In this document: one piece after another, positions 36,224 to 50,024 of the stretch
Layout of the letters: each line of letters starts with the position of its first letter
How positions within the stretch are numbered: the stretch's first letter is position 1
Assembly: GCF_006345805.1 (NCBI RefSeq)
Contig: NC_042999.1
Coordinates: 21,762,001 to 21,826,000 of the forward strand
DNA: 64,000 bases
Direction: 5' to 3'
Origin: Octopus sinensis
Lineage: Eukaryota
Made by a program: the position numbers and the translations under genes
Notes under the pieces: model-generated
The model's database searches: none
What the model saw: only the letters and a program-made list of their open reading frames with translations
Told to the model about the DNA's origin: nothing

Positions 36224-37013
36224 TTGTTTTGCATTTTGGCCAGTGAAATCTCAGATCACAGAGAACCATGTCATGGTCGGAGAGTAGGGTTTTCTCCACT
36301 GCAATATTGTGGATAGTATCAGTGTGATTGCTGAAAATTAAGTCTAAGACGTTTTTGTGACATCTCGTTGGTTCCAGTACCAGTTGGGACAAGAAGTCAT
36401 CCATGAAGTCAAGAAGCGATTCCACTGCCTCCCTGTCAGGGGTTGAGAGAGAAGAACCTGGCGGCAGACTGTTTGTAGACCAGTCAACCCCGGGAAGGTT
36501 GAAGTCTCCCATCATTAAAATGTTGTCAGGTTGACACTGCTGAATGAAACACTTTATGCTGTTGAGGCATTCCTTGAAGCATGGTAGGGGCGTTTGGGGT
36601 GGTCTGTAGAGCCCAACTACTGTTAAGTTGTTGGTTTGACTGAATACAGCGACTGCTTCGCAGTATCCACTCGAAAATGTGTTCATGGCTTCTGTTGAGA
36701 ATGAATCATGAACATAAATGGCAGTCCCACCCTTTCTTCTGCCAACACGATCAGCACGAATGGTTTTGAAATTTTTAACTTTCACCTCGGCTTCCAAGTG
36801 GAGGTCACTAAGATGGGTTTCAGTGAGGACGAAGAAAGGGATGTGGTTTGGATGGGCCTCGACCCAGTCCTCCAGGAATCTTATCTTCCATTTTTGTGTA
36901 TTGGTGGAAGGGCTGATGCCTTGGGCATTAAGCAGAAATGTTGAGGCGAGAGTGGATGGTTTTAATTGTTTTGGTGATTTGTTTATTTGATTGCTTTTTA
37001 ATGGCATGTGCAT
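36162..37013 (-). CDS. LINE ORF2 APE-type endonuclease portion
   Basis: LLNAQG, FVLTETHL, RADRVGRRKGGTAIYV, LYRPP, MGDFNLPGVDW, EPTR, LDLIFS, SDHDMV are APE/EEP catalytic motifs. The frame ends near 36185, where the RT frame takes over. Confidence 0.93.
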   Translation of the reverse strand: MHMPLKSNQINKSPKQLKPSTLASTFLLNAQGISPSTNTQKWKIRFLEDWVEAHPNHIPFFVLTETHLSDLHLEAEVKVKNFKTIRADRVGRRKGGTAIYVHDSFSTEAMNTFSSGYCEAVAVFSQTNNLTVVGLYRPPQTPLPCFKECLNSIKCFIQQCQPDNILMMGDFNLPGVDWSTNSLPPGSSLSTPDREAVESLLDFMDDFLSQLVLEPTRCHKNVLDLIFSNHTDTIHNIAVEKTLLSDHDMVLCDLRFHWPKCKTNVIPPVHPFDTMDGKLGSDQ

Positions 37014-37798
37014 TGGGGTATTTGTGGTGGATGGTGGTGGGTGATAGCTCGGATGTTTTTTTCCAGTTCTTTTGCTAGATTCATTATAGCTAAAAACGAG
37101 GAAGAAGAGGTGGTTTCCTGTCTAGTGAACCGCAGGTGACTGTGGCCGCGGCTATTTTTATGTGAGTGGTTATCTTTAAATGTCCGACGAGTCCCCGGGA
37201 GATGGGTAAAGGGGCAATCCCTGTGCAGACACAATCTGTCTCGCTGGGAATAGCGGCAGATTTGGTGATTCCTTGTTTGAGATATTGGTGGTTGTGGTGG
37301 TGTTGTATTATGGTGGTTGCTGTTGTAGTTTGTGGGGATAGAGCGTTTTGTTCCAGGTAAATGGGTGAATTTGCAGTCTCTATCAGTGCACAGTCTATGG
37401 CGAAGAGAATATCGGCAAATGATTGGGTTTCGAGTGGGTGTGTAGGTGCGTGTGTGTGTGTGAGTTGTGAAAGGTGTAGATGATAGTTTGTTGAAGTTTA
37501 GGCGACCTTTGTGACCTGTAGGAGGTAAATTCCTTGAGATAGCATTAGTAGTATTAGTTGTAGTAGTAGTAGTAGGTAGAAGAGATGTTGACAGTGGTAA
37601 TGATTGAGGAGGTCGATTCCAAGACAAAGATGTTTGTCGATACATAGTTGGAGTAGTACTAGTAGTAGTAAGCAGAGGAGATGGTGTTGACAATGATGAT
37701 GATTGAGCTGCTGGGGCAGTGAAAGGAAGGGGTGGTGCTTCCTGCTGTGTGACCCTGATGACTGGGGGGTCAATCGTTTCGTTTAGCAAATCGGCCAT
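36998..37798 (-). CDS. LINE ORF1 with two CCCH zinc fingers
   Basis: Ser/Thr/Pro-rich N-terminal half, then [19 protein letters not shown] and [19 protein letters not shown] (both CX8CX4CX3H). Overlaps the ORF2 start by 16 nt. Confidence 0.75.
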   Translation of the reverse strand: MADLLNETIDPPVIRVTQQEAPPLPFTAPAAQSSSLSTPSPLLTTTSTTPTMYRQTSLSWNRPPQSLPLSTSLLPTTTTTTNTTNAISRNLPPTGHKGRLNFNKLSSTPFTTHTHTRTYTPTRNPIICRYSLRHRLCTDRDCKFTHLPGTKRSIPTNYNSNHHNTTPPQPPISQTRNHQICRYSQRDRLCLHRDCPFTHLPGTRRTFKDNHSHKNSRGHSHLRFTRQETTSSSSFLAIMNLAKELEKNIRAITHHHPPQIPQCTCH

Positions 37799-37799
37799 T

Positions 37800-38090
<291 letters not shown>

Positions 38091-39339
38091 ACAGAAATCA
38101 TTTTCATCTCTAACATTCCTACTGAAAAAACCAGCAATGGCGTCTCTGAAGTGTTGTTTGACCGATTGGCAAGAATAAACTTCTTTAAATCATAATCCTA
38201 CACTCGTAGATACAACAGTTAAGATGTTTTACATCGTATGGTGTTAAGTGACTCTGTCTAAAATCACAGAATAGTCATGAAGGATGCTGCAATTACAAAT
38301 CTGCTCAATAATATTTGACCTAGAAATGGACAACGATTTCAACAACAAAATATAACGTATTAACAATAATAAAAAACAAATAACAGATCCAATAGATTTT
38401 ATATGTTGAACTCTCGTGTACAGCCTAGGATATGCATTGCCGACGCCATATACGGCACGTGATTCCCTAATTATCTTGAGCTCACACAACAAAACAATCT
38501 AACAATTGTATTGGAAGGCTCCAAACCTAACATATCAAATTCCATTATAAAACGTAAATATCATATATAAAAACATCTTGTATTTTTTTCTTTATTCCTT
38601 CTATAACTTAGGTTCTATATTTAAATACGTAGACACTGCTGAAAGGCATTTTTCTTGTATTTCTTTATTTTGTTTCTGTAGTCACTTATCTTAAAGTTAT
38701 TTCGTTTAATTGTAGAGATAATTCACACGAAATTCGATATTGGCCGAGGACTGGTGATGATGAAACGAGATAGAATGAAAAGGAAGATGGATGTTTGGAA
38801 AAATAAATGCTCCTTATAAAGATGTAAACATTGATATATACGTGTAAGTGTAAGCATATTTATGTGTTTTCCTTTGAGTTCGAATGTATGCGTGTGATAG
38901 AGGCGACGTAAAAGAACGAGATGGTATGTCGCTATGAAACTACGTATGTGTGAGCGAATATCTGTGTAGAAAATAACGACACCTCTTATAAATATATATA
39001 TACATACAACTATCTGGGAAATTCTGATACAAATATCTTCGGGTTTTTCCCTTCTCTATTTCTGTACTGTATGTATGTATGCACATATGTGCAGTCATAC
39101 GTATACAAATTGTTTCCGGTGCTCATGTGTTTGCATGTGTAACTGAATACCGGTATGTGTGTTTTCATCTATGAATATACGTATACTTATATATATATAT
39201 ATAGCGAAGGACGTTTACAGATAACATATACTCAAGTAGTGCTGATTACATATATGATGGCGTCCTAATGTGTATATGGTTTTGTTTGATCTCGTTCGCA
39301 ATTATCAACTATGCATAGGCATATATACACACATACGTA

Positions 39340-39840
<501 letters not shown>

Positions 39841-40581
39841 GAGAAATAGATTGAAAAGAAAACACGAGCAGGGAAAGAGAAATGACAGCCATGATGACAA
39901 TGGGAGGGGTAATAGGATAGCAACGGCTTGCGTGATATAAGCAACGAAGGAACGAGTCTTTTGAATGAACGTTAATTATCCAACGTATCTATTTATTTTC
40001 TCTGAAATATTTCAGCCTTAGGTTAATTGCTGAAATTGTGATTATTTATTTTACCTTTTTTTTGCTTCTATTTTATGGGTTGTTTGGTGATTGATGTGAG
40101 ACTTGTCTTATAAACAGACGATCTATTTCAATGATGTATTACAATATATTCAACTATTTTACAAGACGGAGAAATCTAAACGTTTCCGTTCTTTTTTTCC
40201 TTCTTTGTATTTACAATGTTTTTGAGTCTTTTTTTTTTTTTCTTTCTTACTTTCCTATATTTTTCATTGAAAAAAATTTCTCCCTCCTTTTTTCACTCCT
40301 TCTATTCTTTCTGTATTTTCTTTCTTCATTTATTTCTTTGAATTATTTTTTTTTTCACTCGAACAATAACCAATAAACTGTTTAGTTAATGCATTTAGAA
40401 ATCGAAATTGCTACATTAAACTTGTGTGCATTTGACGAAAATGCCCGGAAGTGCAACAAAAATTGCGCACGCGCTCCTGTGTGCGTTTGCATATATACGT
40501 GTATGCGCATGAGTATATTTGTATAAACTTGTGTCGGCGTATACCTACTGATATATGAATATATAGCATCTTATGCATGCA

Positions 40582-40628
<47 letters not shown>

Positions 40629-40633
<5 letters not shown>

Positions 40634-40756
40634 TAAATTAGGGTATCTACGAGATACCACCATGCTGAAAATAGCAGCCATGACCCGACTCTAAAACCGG
40701 ATCATGGCTGCTATTTTCAGCATAGTGGTATCTCGTAGGTACCCTAATTTATAATT
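40629..40756. repeat. 59-bp inverted repeat with a 10-nt loop
   Basis: aattataaattagggtatctacgagataccaccatgctgaaaatagcagccatgacccg / cggatcatggctgctattttcagcatagtggtatctcgtaggtaccctaatttataatt, within (TA)n flanks. Confidence 0.92.
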
Positions 40757-40819
40757 TTAATAATTATTACCTTTGAAGGTTATTTCTTTCCGTGCTGGCC
40801 ACTTGATAAGATCTTATCC

Positions 40820-40872
<53 letters not shown>

Positions 40873-41177
40873 ATATATATGAATTTCTGTTTGTGTGGTG
40901 GAGTAGTTATGTTAATTAGTTAGTTAATCTTTTGGCTCAAAAAGCAAGGCCATGTAGGGGGACATGGAGTTATGTTTTCCAAGAAGGCAGAGTTTCATTG
41001 GATGATGAGTAAAGTTTATACCTATCAGTTAGTGTAGTCCACGTAATGGGCTCATAACTTCTACTTCAACGTTATTTTAGCAGCCAGCTCACATAACATT
41101 ATATGCCTTACCTTCGTTGAAAACTGCAATAAAATTATATTACTGTTTCATGAAAGTTTATGAAATTCTGAAATGCT

Positions 41178-41223
41178 AACACCTGATGAAGCCTGGAGGG
41201 CATATCAGCCGAAGCGTTGTGTT
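41178..41223 (+). ncRNA. Degenerate minimal hammerhead (family shared with 57620 and 57999)
   Basis: aacac-CTGATGA-A-gcctg-gagggcatat-cagcc-GAAG-CG-TT-gtgtt. Stem I is perfect; GAAA is changed to GAAG and stem II has one mismatch. Confidence 0.45.
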
Positions 41224-41444
41224 AACAACAAAGATGAGGACCAGTATCCATCAAATACAAATAATGGAAATAATGGAAATTTTATATTCCGAAATATTAA
41301 ATATCATAACAGTTATTATAGTCCCTTGTTGTCATTATTGTGCCATTGTTGTGCCATTCAAAACACATCATAGCTGTTTATGGTCATTATTGTTTACAAA
41401 CAATACACAATGTTTCAAACGAACTCCAATACTCTCCTAATCAG

Positions 41445-42287
41445 AAATGTTCTCTGTGGAACAATCACGTTGTTGTTCAGGCTTCCACCGCTAGAAGCCA
41501 CTTCATGCGACCTTCAGGCATCAGTTTGTCGACCGGCGTCGTTCTCTTGTGTCGTATCGCCATTTGTTACGTCTTTGGTTTGCAGTGCTTCTACCTTGTT
41601 CATCAAATTTTGCGATGGCTAAAACGAAGAATCAATGTGCTTCTGTGAAATTCTGTTTTTTGGGGGGTTATTTTGGGGGGGGGGTGAGGAAAACGACGGC
41701 TGAAACAGTTATCAAGCTTCGAACAGCTTAGAAGAATGCTGCCATGAGCAAAACACAAGTTTATTAGTGGTTTCCACGTTTTAGGAATGGTCAACTATCT
41801 CCTGAAAACCAACCTTGTTCAGGACATCTATTGACCTCCCGAATGAATGAAAACATCGCAAAATTTCAAGAACTGATCTTGGAGGAACGTCACCGAACAA
41901 TTGACGATGTTGCTGATATAACTCATGTATCCTGGAGCTCCTGCCAACGAATTTTGAGCGAGGAATTGCGAATGAAAATAGCTGCAGCAAAATTTGTGCC
42001 TTGCTTGCCCACAAAAGATCAAAAGCAGTCACGACTGAATGGGTGTCACGAACTGAAAGAACAGTGGGTAGTTAATCCGGAACCTTTTTCGAACGTCACC
42101 ACTGGGGACGAAAGCTGGTACTACGGAATTTGCAGATGTGGAGGAAATGAAGAAAAAGATTGACGGATGATTTAATAGGCATCACAAAAATCCCAGCACT
42201 GATTCGAATAGTGGAAAACGCGATTCAAATGGAGAATACAAAGTGAATAAAATATTTCAAATTTCCGGTTTCTTTTGGGCACCCCAG
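41445..42287 (+). pseudogene. Mariner-family transposase remnant, internally deleted
   Basis: QCASVKFCF...KTTAETVIKLRTA, RTIDDVADITHVSWSSCQRILSEELRM...AAKFVP, TGDESWYYG, then a jump to the C-terminus. 3' end ttccggtttcttttgggcacccc. Confidence 0.85.
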
Positions 42288-42431
42288 ATATTGATGCATT
42301 TCAACAACAAAAGCAAAGAGAGCGGTTTTTGGAAATATAAGTTGCTTACATCAGTTGCTTTTTATAAATGCATAGGATAAAAAAAGTATATCACCAACTG
42401 GTGATTTTTAATACTTTATGTTTCTATTAAA

Positions 42432-43219
42432 CTAGCAGTATCGCCCGGCGTTGCTCGGGTTTGTAAGTGAAATAACTATATAAGCATTTTTAGAGATGTA
42501 AAGTATAATAGCCATCTCAATATGGTTAAACACAAAGGGGGGTGTTACTGTAGCTTTTTACGTTCTGAGATTTAATAATAAACTTTTAGAGAGTTACTTC
42601 CCTTATATATGCCAAAAATGCATTAAAAATGGGAAAAATTGATGGTAAAATATTTTTAAAATCGTAGACTCATCATAGACGCACGCTAATACCCAGAAGG
42701 GCTCGATATGAATCACGAATATCAGATACCCGGTTTTGGTTAAACTGCACCGCAAAATGTGGGAGTAGTTAGGAAACTAAATATCGTAAAAGTCAGACAG
42801 AACACAACCTCTCTTTTATATATAAAGACTAGCAGTATCGCCCGGCGTTACTCGGGTTTGTAAGGGAAATAACTATACAGCATTTTTAGAGAGTTATAGC
42901 CAAAAAATAGCAAAAAACTGCATTAAAAATGGAAAAAATATGATGGTAAATTTTTTTAAATCGTTGACTCATTGTAGACATTTTTAGAGAGTTACTTCCC
43001 TTTAAAAAAATATGCATGAAAATGGAAAAAAATTATGGTAAATTATTTTTAAAATCGTAGACTCATCATAGACGCACGCTAATACCCAGAAGGGCTCGAT
43101 ATGAATCACGACTATAAGATACCCGGTTTTGGTTAAACTGCACCGCAAAATGTGGGATTAGTTAGGAATCTAAATCGTAGGAGACAGACAGCACACAACC
43201 TTACTTTTATATATAAAGA
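42432..43219 (-). mobile_element. Two head-to-tail non-autonomous Helitron-like elements (42432-42828, 42829-43219)
   Basis: On the minus strand each unit starts TC and ends with a cccgagyaacgccggg hairpin plus 8 nt plus CTAG. The pair sits between A and T, and the junction is CTAG|TC. Confidence 0.8.
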
Positions 43220-43965
43220 TTTAAAATTTGCAGCCCATGTTCTGGGTCATTATGATTTAACAAGTTTGTTCAGCCAACGTCACGACGGATGTATACATGA
43301 ATTGTTCTTTTGTTGAAACTTTATACACTCTCAACCCAATGTATGATTAAAATGACATTTGACACTTCAGATATATTTAGTAGTTTTATTGCCACAAAAG
43401 ATTTTTCTCAATATATCCCATTTTATCGGGTGAGGAGGTCGCTACATATATATTTTGCCTATCCTAATTTATATTTCTCTTCTCTGCCTTTGTATCGTCT
43501 ATTTATTCGAATGTTTTATTGTCCTCTATTGCGATTTTGATCCATTTTTATAATCATATATACATATAGCGGAGTACGTACACATTTACGCTCACCTTAT
43601 AACAGGTATGTATCTGAATTTTGTACGATTCTTACTCTATCTTTTAGTACCCCCTCTTACTGTATTCCTTTTTCTTTTTGTCGCCTCCCCCACTCTCTCA
43701 CAATTCTTAGACCTCTGTTTCTTTACTGTCCACTAATTCCCACTCGTTTATCTCTCCTGTACCTTTCTCTTTGTCTCTGATATTTTTTATAATCCATCAA
43801 TCCCGCTGTCCCCTACCCATCTCTCCTCCTTCCACGTGACCGGTGTCCAACCAGTCATAATCTTTCTTTCTTGACCTGATTGCCGACCGCCAACACCTGT
43901 TATGTCCATCTCCTATGTTCCTGCCTTTAGAAGATTGTCCTCCATTGCGTTTTTTGTTCTATTCG

Positions 43966-43998
<33 letters not shown>

Positions 43999-44064
43999 TA
44001 TATAAACATGTATATACATACACACACGCTTACACACACACATACACTCACTAGACCGCGAGTT

Positions 44065-44242
44065 TTTTTCCTCCGTTTTCCCTTCTCTGGATCTTTCCTT
44101 TTCCTATGTTTCTGACGAAGAGCTCCGCTCGAAACGTAGAACCCTCTTTCTTCCCTTCTTTCCTGAGCGTCTATATCATATACTATATTTGTTCCACGTC
44201 CTCGCGTTGTTGTGTTTTCTGTTTGTGTTTTCATGTTTGGAA
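44065..44242 (+). mobile_element. Short interspersed repeat carrying a hammerhead motif (same family as 1236-1410)
   Basis: High similarity to 1236-1410; microsatellite flanks. Confidence 0.65.
44108..44142 (+). ncRNA. Minimal type I hammerhead motif, intact core
   Basis: gttt-CTGACGA-A-GAGC-TCC-GCTC-GAAA-CG-TA-gaac. Stem I is 4 bp (one G-U), helix III is palindromic ACGT, cleavage triplet is GUA. Confidence 0.7.
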
Positions 44243-44532
44243 TATATATATATATATATTATATATACATGTATATACACACACACACACATACACACAC
44301 ATATATGCTCACACACATATATTTATTTATATATATAGATAGATTGAGAGAGGTTTCTATTCCTTTGCAAAGTCTGGTTCCTCTCTTGTACCTACACCAT
44401 AGATTCATCATTGCGTGTGATGTGGACTTTGAAACCAGACGGTGTATTGAAAAGACACCCACATAAATTGCATTTCCGATTTGGACCACCAAGAGCTGCA
44501 GTTAACAGCTGATATTTGCGTATCTTAAAATG

Positions 44533-44569
<37 letters not shown>

Positions 44570-45723
44570 CTGTTTTCAGAAATTAGAAATATTGAATTTC
44601 TAAATGTCACAGAGAGACATAAGCGGTGGTGAAGCGATATAGTGGTCGTATACTGTCAACTGAATGTGACAATCCCGTGGGGGAATTACACCACCGCCAT
44701 TTAGCCCTAGGAAACATCGACGTCTCCTGTCGGCTTTGACACATTTTCTGTGTCCTTATATTTGCAAAGGGGAGAAATATGAATAATGAGAAATTCCCTC
44801 ACAAAGTTAAGGTTTGCTCTTAGAAGTGCTCAAGGGGAAACTGAGATAAATGATAAAATATATATATGATGAAACGTAAGACCAGGTAAATTTGTCCATA
44901 AATATGATTCCGATTTCAAATGAATTAAAAGAACAAATATATACATGATCCATTAAAAATATACAAATACATAGACAGACTTTAAAAAATCTACTCCAGA
45001 CTGATAAGGGGCAAATACCCCGAAGCCGGTCTGTCGATGTTGAACCAGCAAGGAGAAGCTGATGATTTCCTTGTTCGTATTTAACTTATTACATTATCGC
45101 TTCTATATTCCTCCTCTTATTACATCTCCAAAAATGTTCTTATCTCTCTTCTTAACAATACACGTCGTCAGTAAAATACAACCTGAATTGTCATATTTGC
45201 ATTTCAATTACCGCTTTTCTATCTTTTCTCCTTTACTATACTCCCATGTTTCCTTAATGCGGATCTTGAGTAAACAAGAGTACTTAATCCACATCCACTT
45301 CGTTCTTTTTACTTCCCACGCCTTCCACAATATTTTCATAAATGATTACATTAACTTACTAGTGTAAGTTTTACAAACATAATTCTCTTACTCTAAACTT
45401 TCTTCATCTGTTTATGAATTCTTATTTAAAAATACCAATTATTATTTTCAACTGTTACCTTTTATTTACATTAGGTAACGTTTTTTCATTGGACATTTCT
45501 CTAACTCGCTCTATGCTGCGTATATCGAGATTTAATTAGAAAACCTATAGTAATCTGTAGAGAGAAAGTTACCGATATCTCTATATCAATATCATCCCCT
45601 AACCGACCATATGTTAGATGACTTGACTCCCATCACTATCACACATAGATAGGAACGGATAAGCATGAAACTCATAGATCCAACTTCTCTGCTCTTTATA
45701 AAGTTCTTCTTATTATTTTTCTT

Positions 45724-45796
45724 TGCACTGATGAGCACTTTGATATTCGCAAATTGTCATATGAATTTATATCTCAGTACGAAACGATTGTATGCA
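45724..45796 (+). ncRNA. Type I hammerhead motif with a long stem II
   Basis: tgca-CTGATGA-[G.ACT/AGT.C, GATAT/ATATC, AAATT/AATTT hairpin]-GAAA-CGATTG-TA-tgca. Helix III ACGATTGT is near-palindromic; cleavage triplet is GUA. Confidence 0.62.
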
Positions 45797-46081
45797 CGAA
45801 TAAACTTCTTACAAACGTTTAGCAACTTGCCACCTCCATTTTTGACAAAAACGATTGGATACGTAGAACTTCGTTCCATAAATTAAACATACACTTCATA
45901 TACTAATACTTCTTTTCATATCTTAACCAATTTATCCCAGTAAACTTTCAGCAAAGTAGGAAGGACCACTCTAATTGAAGGACGAGTCCACATTCAACCG
46001 TTTACACACGTTTATACGTGCATACGTATGTATGTTTGCATATATATCTATACGCAAATGTATATATATGTATATATATAT

Positions 46082-46133
<52 letters not shown>

Positions 46134-46168
46134 ATGTGTGTGTGTGTGAGTGTGTGTGTGTGTGTGTT

Positions 46169-46204
<36 letters not shown>

Positions 46205-46692
46205 TGTGTGCGTATATATATTTAGATATTTATTCAACCGGCTTCTTTTAGTTTCCCTCTGCTAAATCCACTGAGAAGTTTCGATCGGCCCCGTGACTAT
46301 AGAAGGAAAGACTTACACAAGCTGCTACGCGGCCACACAGCCACTCTTCTGGATTCAACCTGGAATCTTGTACTATGTATATCTGTCTATATATTTATAT
46401 GCTAATGGATGGATGCATGCTCCATTATTTGTTTATTTGTAGTTACTTGAGGTGCATATGTGAGAGGAACAGGTGGACGAAAAGAGAAGCATGAGTGCGT
46501 GTGAGCGTTGGGTTATTTAGAAATCTGTGCATATTTATTGTCAAATGCAAGGCACAGAACAAGAGTCGTATAGCGCGAGATAAATTAATGCATAATATTA
46601 GATAAGTAATTGGACCGTGAAAATTAACCAGAATCACGCTATAGTCTAATTTCAGACTAGCATGTTTGTAAGCAAAATCTGACAATGTAGAA

Positions 46693-47083
46693 TATTCTTT
46701 ACTGCACTAGGCACAAGCCCGAAATTTTGGAGGAGGAGACCAGTCTATTAGATTGACCCCAGTACGCAAATGGTACTTAATTTATTGACCTCGAAGGAAG
46801 AAAGGCAAAGTCAGCCTCGGCGGAATTTGAACGTAAAGACAAACGAAATACCTATTTCTTTACTACCCACAAAGGGGCTAAACACAGAGAGGACAAACAA
46901 GGACAGACAAACGGATTAAGTCGATTACATCGTCCTCAGTGCGTAACTGGTACTTATTTAATCGACCCCTAAAGGATGAAAGGCAAAGTCGACCTCGGCG
47001 GAATTTGAACTCAGAACGTAGCGGCAGACGAAATACCTCTAAGCATATCGCCCGGCGTGCTAACGTTTCTGACACCTCGTCGC
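46693..47083 (-). mobile_element. SINE family B (two stacked partial copies)
   Basis: Same organisation as 3408-3830. Confidence 0.85.
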
Positions 47084-47317
47084 TATGACAAGGTAGAATA
47101 TTGATTTCTGATGTGTGTAGTCAGCTATAGAAATTTATAAGATACATTTCGTTGTTTTTACTTTACTTTTCTGCTCGTTTTAATCCGTATAGCCAAGCCT
47201 TGCAATTCAATACGATGACGTAGTATTTATTACAACCTAGTAAATATTTTATGCAACATCCTTTGCGGAAGACTACGTAAGGATATGTAAAGAATCGCAC
47301 CATAAACCACTTCAGTG

Positions 47318-47392
<75 letters not shown>

Positions 47393-47590
47393 GTTTCTGC
47401 GTGAATGCTCTTGTGATCGAGTGTTTATAAGGAAGTACTTGTGTGCGGTTTTGAGTGTGTATGTGTGTTTGATGCATGTTTATATAATATACACAGAGAG
47501 ATTGATGGATACATCGAAATATATATGAAGATAAGTGTGTGCCTATATGTGCACGCATGCATATATATATGTGTGTGTGTGTGTAAGTAT

Positions 47591-48020
<430 letters not shown>

Positions 48021-48021
48021 A

Positions 48022-48053
<32 letters not shown>

Positions 48054-50024
48054 TTGTATGCATGTATGTATATTTGTATGCATGTATGTATGTATGTATG
48101 TATGTATGCATGTATGTATGTATGTATGTATGTATAAAAGTATCTTGATGCAAGCAGGAAAATACAGCTCAAATTATTATTATATGTATATTTTTATAAA
48201 TATTTAGCAAAAGGAACAGAGTATCACCAGCTGCGACTACCAAACTAGTCACAGAAGGTAAATATGTTTATTTATGAACAGCCACAGAAACCCACTTGTC
48301 TTCGATGTGTAACTAGTTAGATAAGTGCCAAACGCACGAGTCATTCGGACTTTGAGTTATTCTGTTACTTTTGCTACATATTAAGATATATTTCTTTCGT
48401 TCAAGGCAGGAAACTTTGTATAAGTAATTTTGGTCGATAACTGAGGAAGGATTAGGTTCTTTGTGTCTCTCCTATGTGTATGTTTTGTAGTATTTAGTGC
48501 ATTTTTCATTTATGAATAACTGAATGCCACGCATCCCCACTTTTGTGCCAATATTTAAAACCAATACTCGCTGTGGTGTGTTTCGTGTCTGCTGAATTTT
48601 GATCAAATTACAAGCGTTATCAATTTAGTTGCCAAGTGCAAAGAACCTGATCATTCTAAGGTTTAACCTACGTCAAAATGAAATTACCGTATTTCAATGC
48701 TTAAAAGATGCCCGGGCATAGCAAATTCGGGAAGAGATGTTTTTTTTAGTGCACTAGGTCATATAATATAAACCCAACTTCACACGTAGAACCAGAGGCG
48801 ATTTTTTTTGGTTTTTAAGACATTCTTGAAATGTTATAGGCCATGTAATAAGGCATGTTTAAGTAATAAGGCTTTGATGGATGGCGGTATTTGTGTCTGA
48901 CGTATATTTGAATAGTAGATTTATATTTTTTAAAGCAATTTTGATGGGCAGTTATTAATGTAGCTAGAGAATCAGCATTTCAAAGAGCCTGTTTTGGATT
49001 CAAATATGTAAAGCAGTTATCCAACAGCTTTTGCGGAAAGGCTCCTTAATGATATGTAAAGAAACGCACGATAAACCACTTCAGAGAGATATGTATGTAT
49101 ATGTTTCAGCGTGAATACGCTTGTGAGCGTGTGTTTATAATGATGTAGTCGTGCGCGTTTTTGTGTATGCATGTAAAGCAGTTATCTATGTGAAAATACG
49201 TATTTTATAGTTACGTGATCCTGCTAATCTAACGTACTCCATTTTATGTTAAATCAATTAAGATTTGAAAAATGTTTCTCGTGCTTTTCTTTATCAGATT
49301 TGGAAGTGAAGCTTATATTAAGATTTCGAAAATGTTTCTCATACTTTTCTCTGTCACATTTAGACATGAAGCTTATATTTTCTCCGAACAACGTGTGTAC
49401 ATTTCGTACACACGTTTAGTGTGTCAGTCGTATATAACTCCTTTTGTGGTCCATCGACATAAAGAATGGCAACAGTGTAATCAATATCGTGTTGAGTCCT
49501 TTAATAACGAGTATTTCAGGTAATAACTCTCGCCTAAATAAGATGTACAATTCACGTAGAGTCGTTGATTTAATTATGTCCCTAATTTTCAGAAGAAATG
49601 TGTTCTTATGTGGGAATGTGAGAAATCAATGATTGCGCAGAGCTCTCAATAAACCGCAAGTAAGAATGAGGTTAATTTAAATAAATTGGTCTCTTGGCCA
49701 TGAAGACTGCACTAAATCGATGAAGGAGCACTTACATGTGACCTTTTGATTGATAATTTGTTAGTCTATTAATTAGACTATATACAACAATGCACTACAG
49801 TTTATCTCCTTTTATTAGGAGACCTACAATTAAGAGTTTATGTTCTGCTATCATGAAAGCTATGCTGTAATAAATATACTATGTTGTCAAGATATTACAA
49901 TAAGGCCAAATTTATACAACAGGCGTTTGCTTGTTATGGAGAATGTTCAAAGTAATGGCTTCAAATTTTAGCACAAGGCATGCACCTTGTGGGTAGAGAG
50001 TAAGTCGATTACATAGATTGCAAG

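Noticed and set aside
38244-38492. ORF containing YPRLYTRV, reminiscent of the trypsin-family PGVYTRV motif
   Set aside because: No flanking protease motifs or cysteines, and no splice support. Likely chance.
44996-45035. Hammerhead-like CTGATAA-GGGG-caaata-CCCC-GAAG-CCGG-TC
   Set aside because: Two core changes (G8A and A15.1G) and no convincing stem I. Possibly a decayed motif, but not supportable alone.
48206-48265. Possible 50-nt micro-exon (tttag|caaaagg...agaag|gtaaat)
   Set aside because: Splice-like dinucleotides are common, the peptide is unrecognisable, and there are no partner exons.
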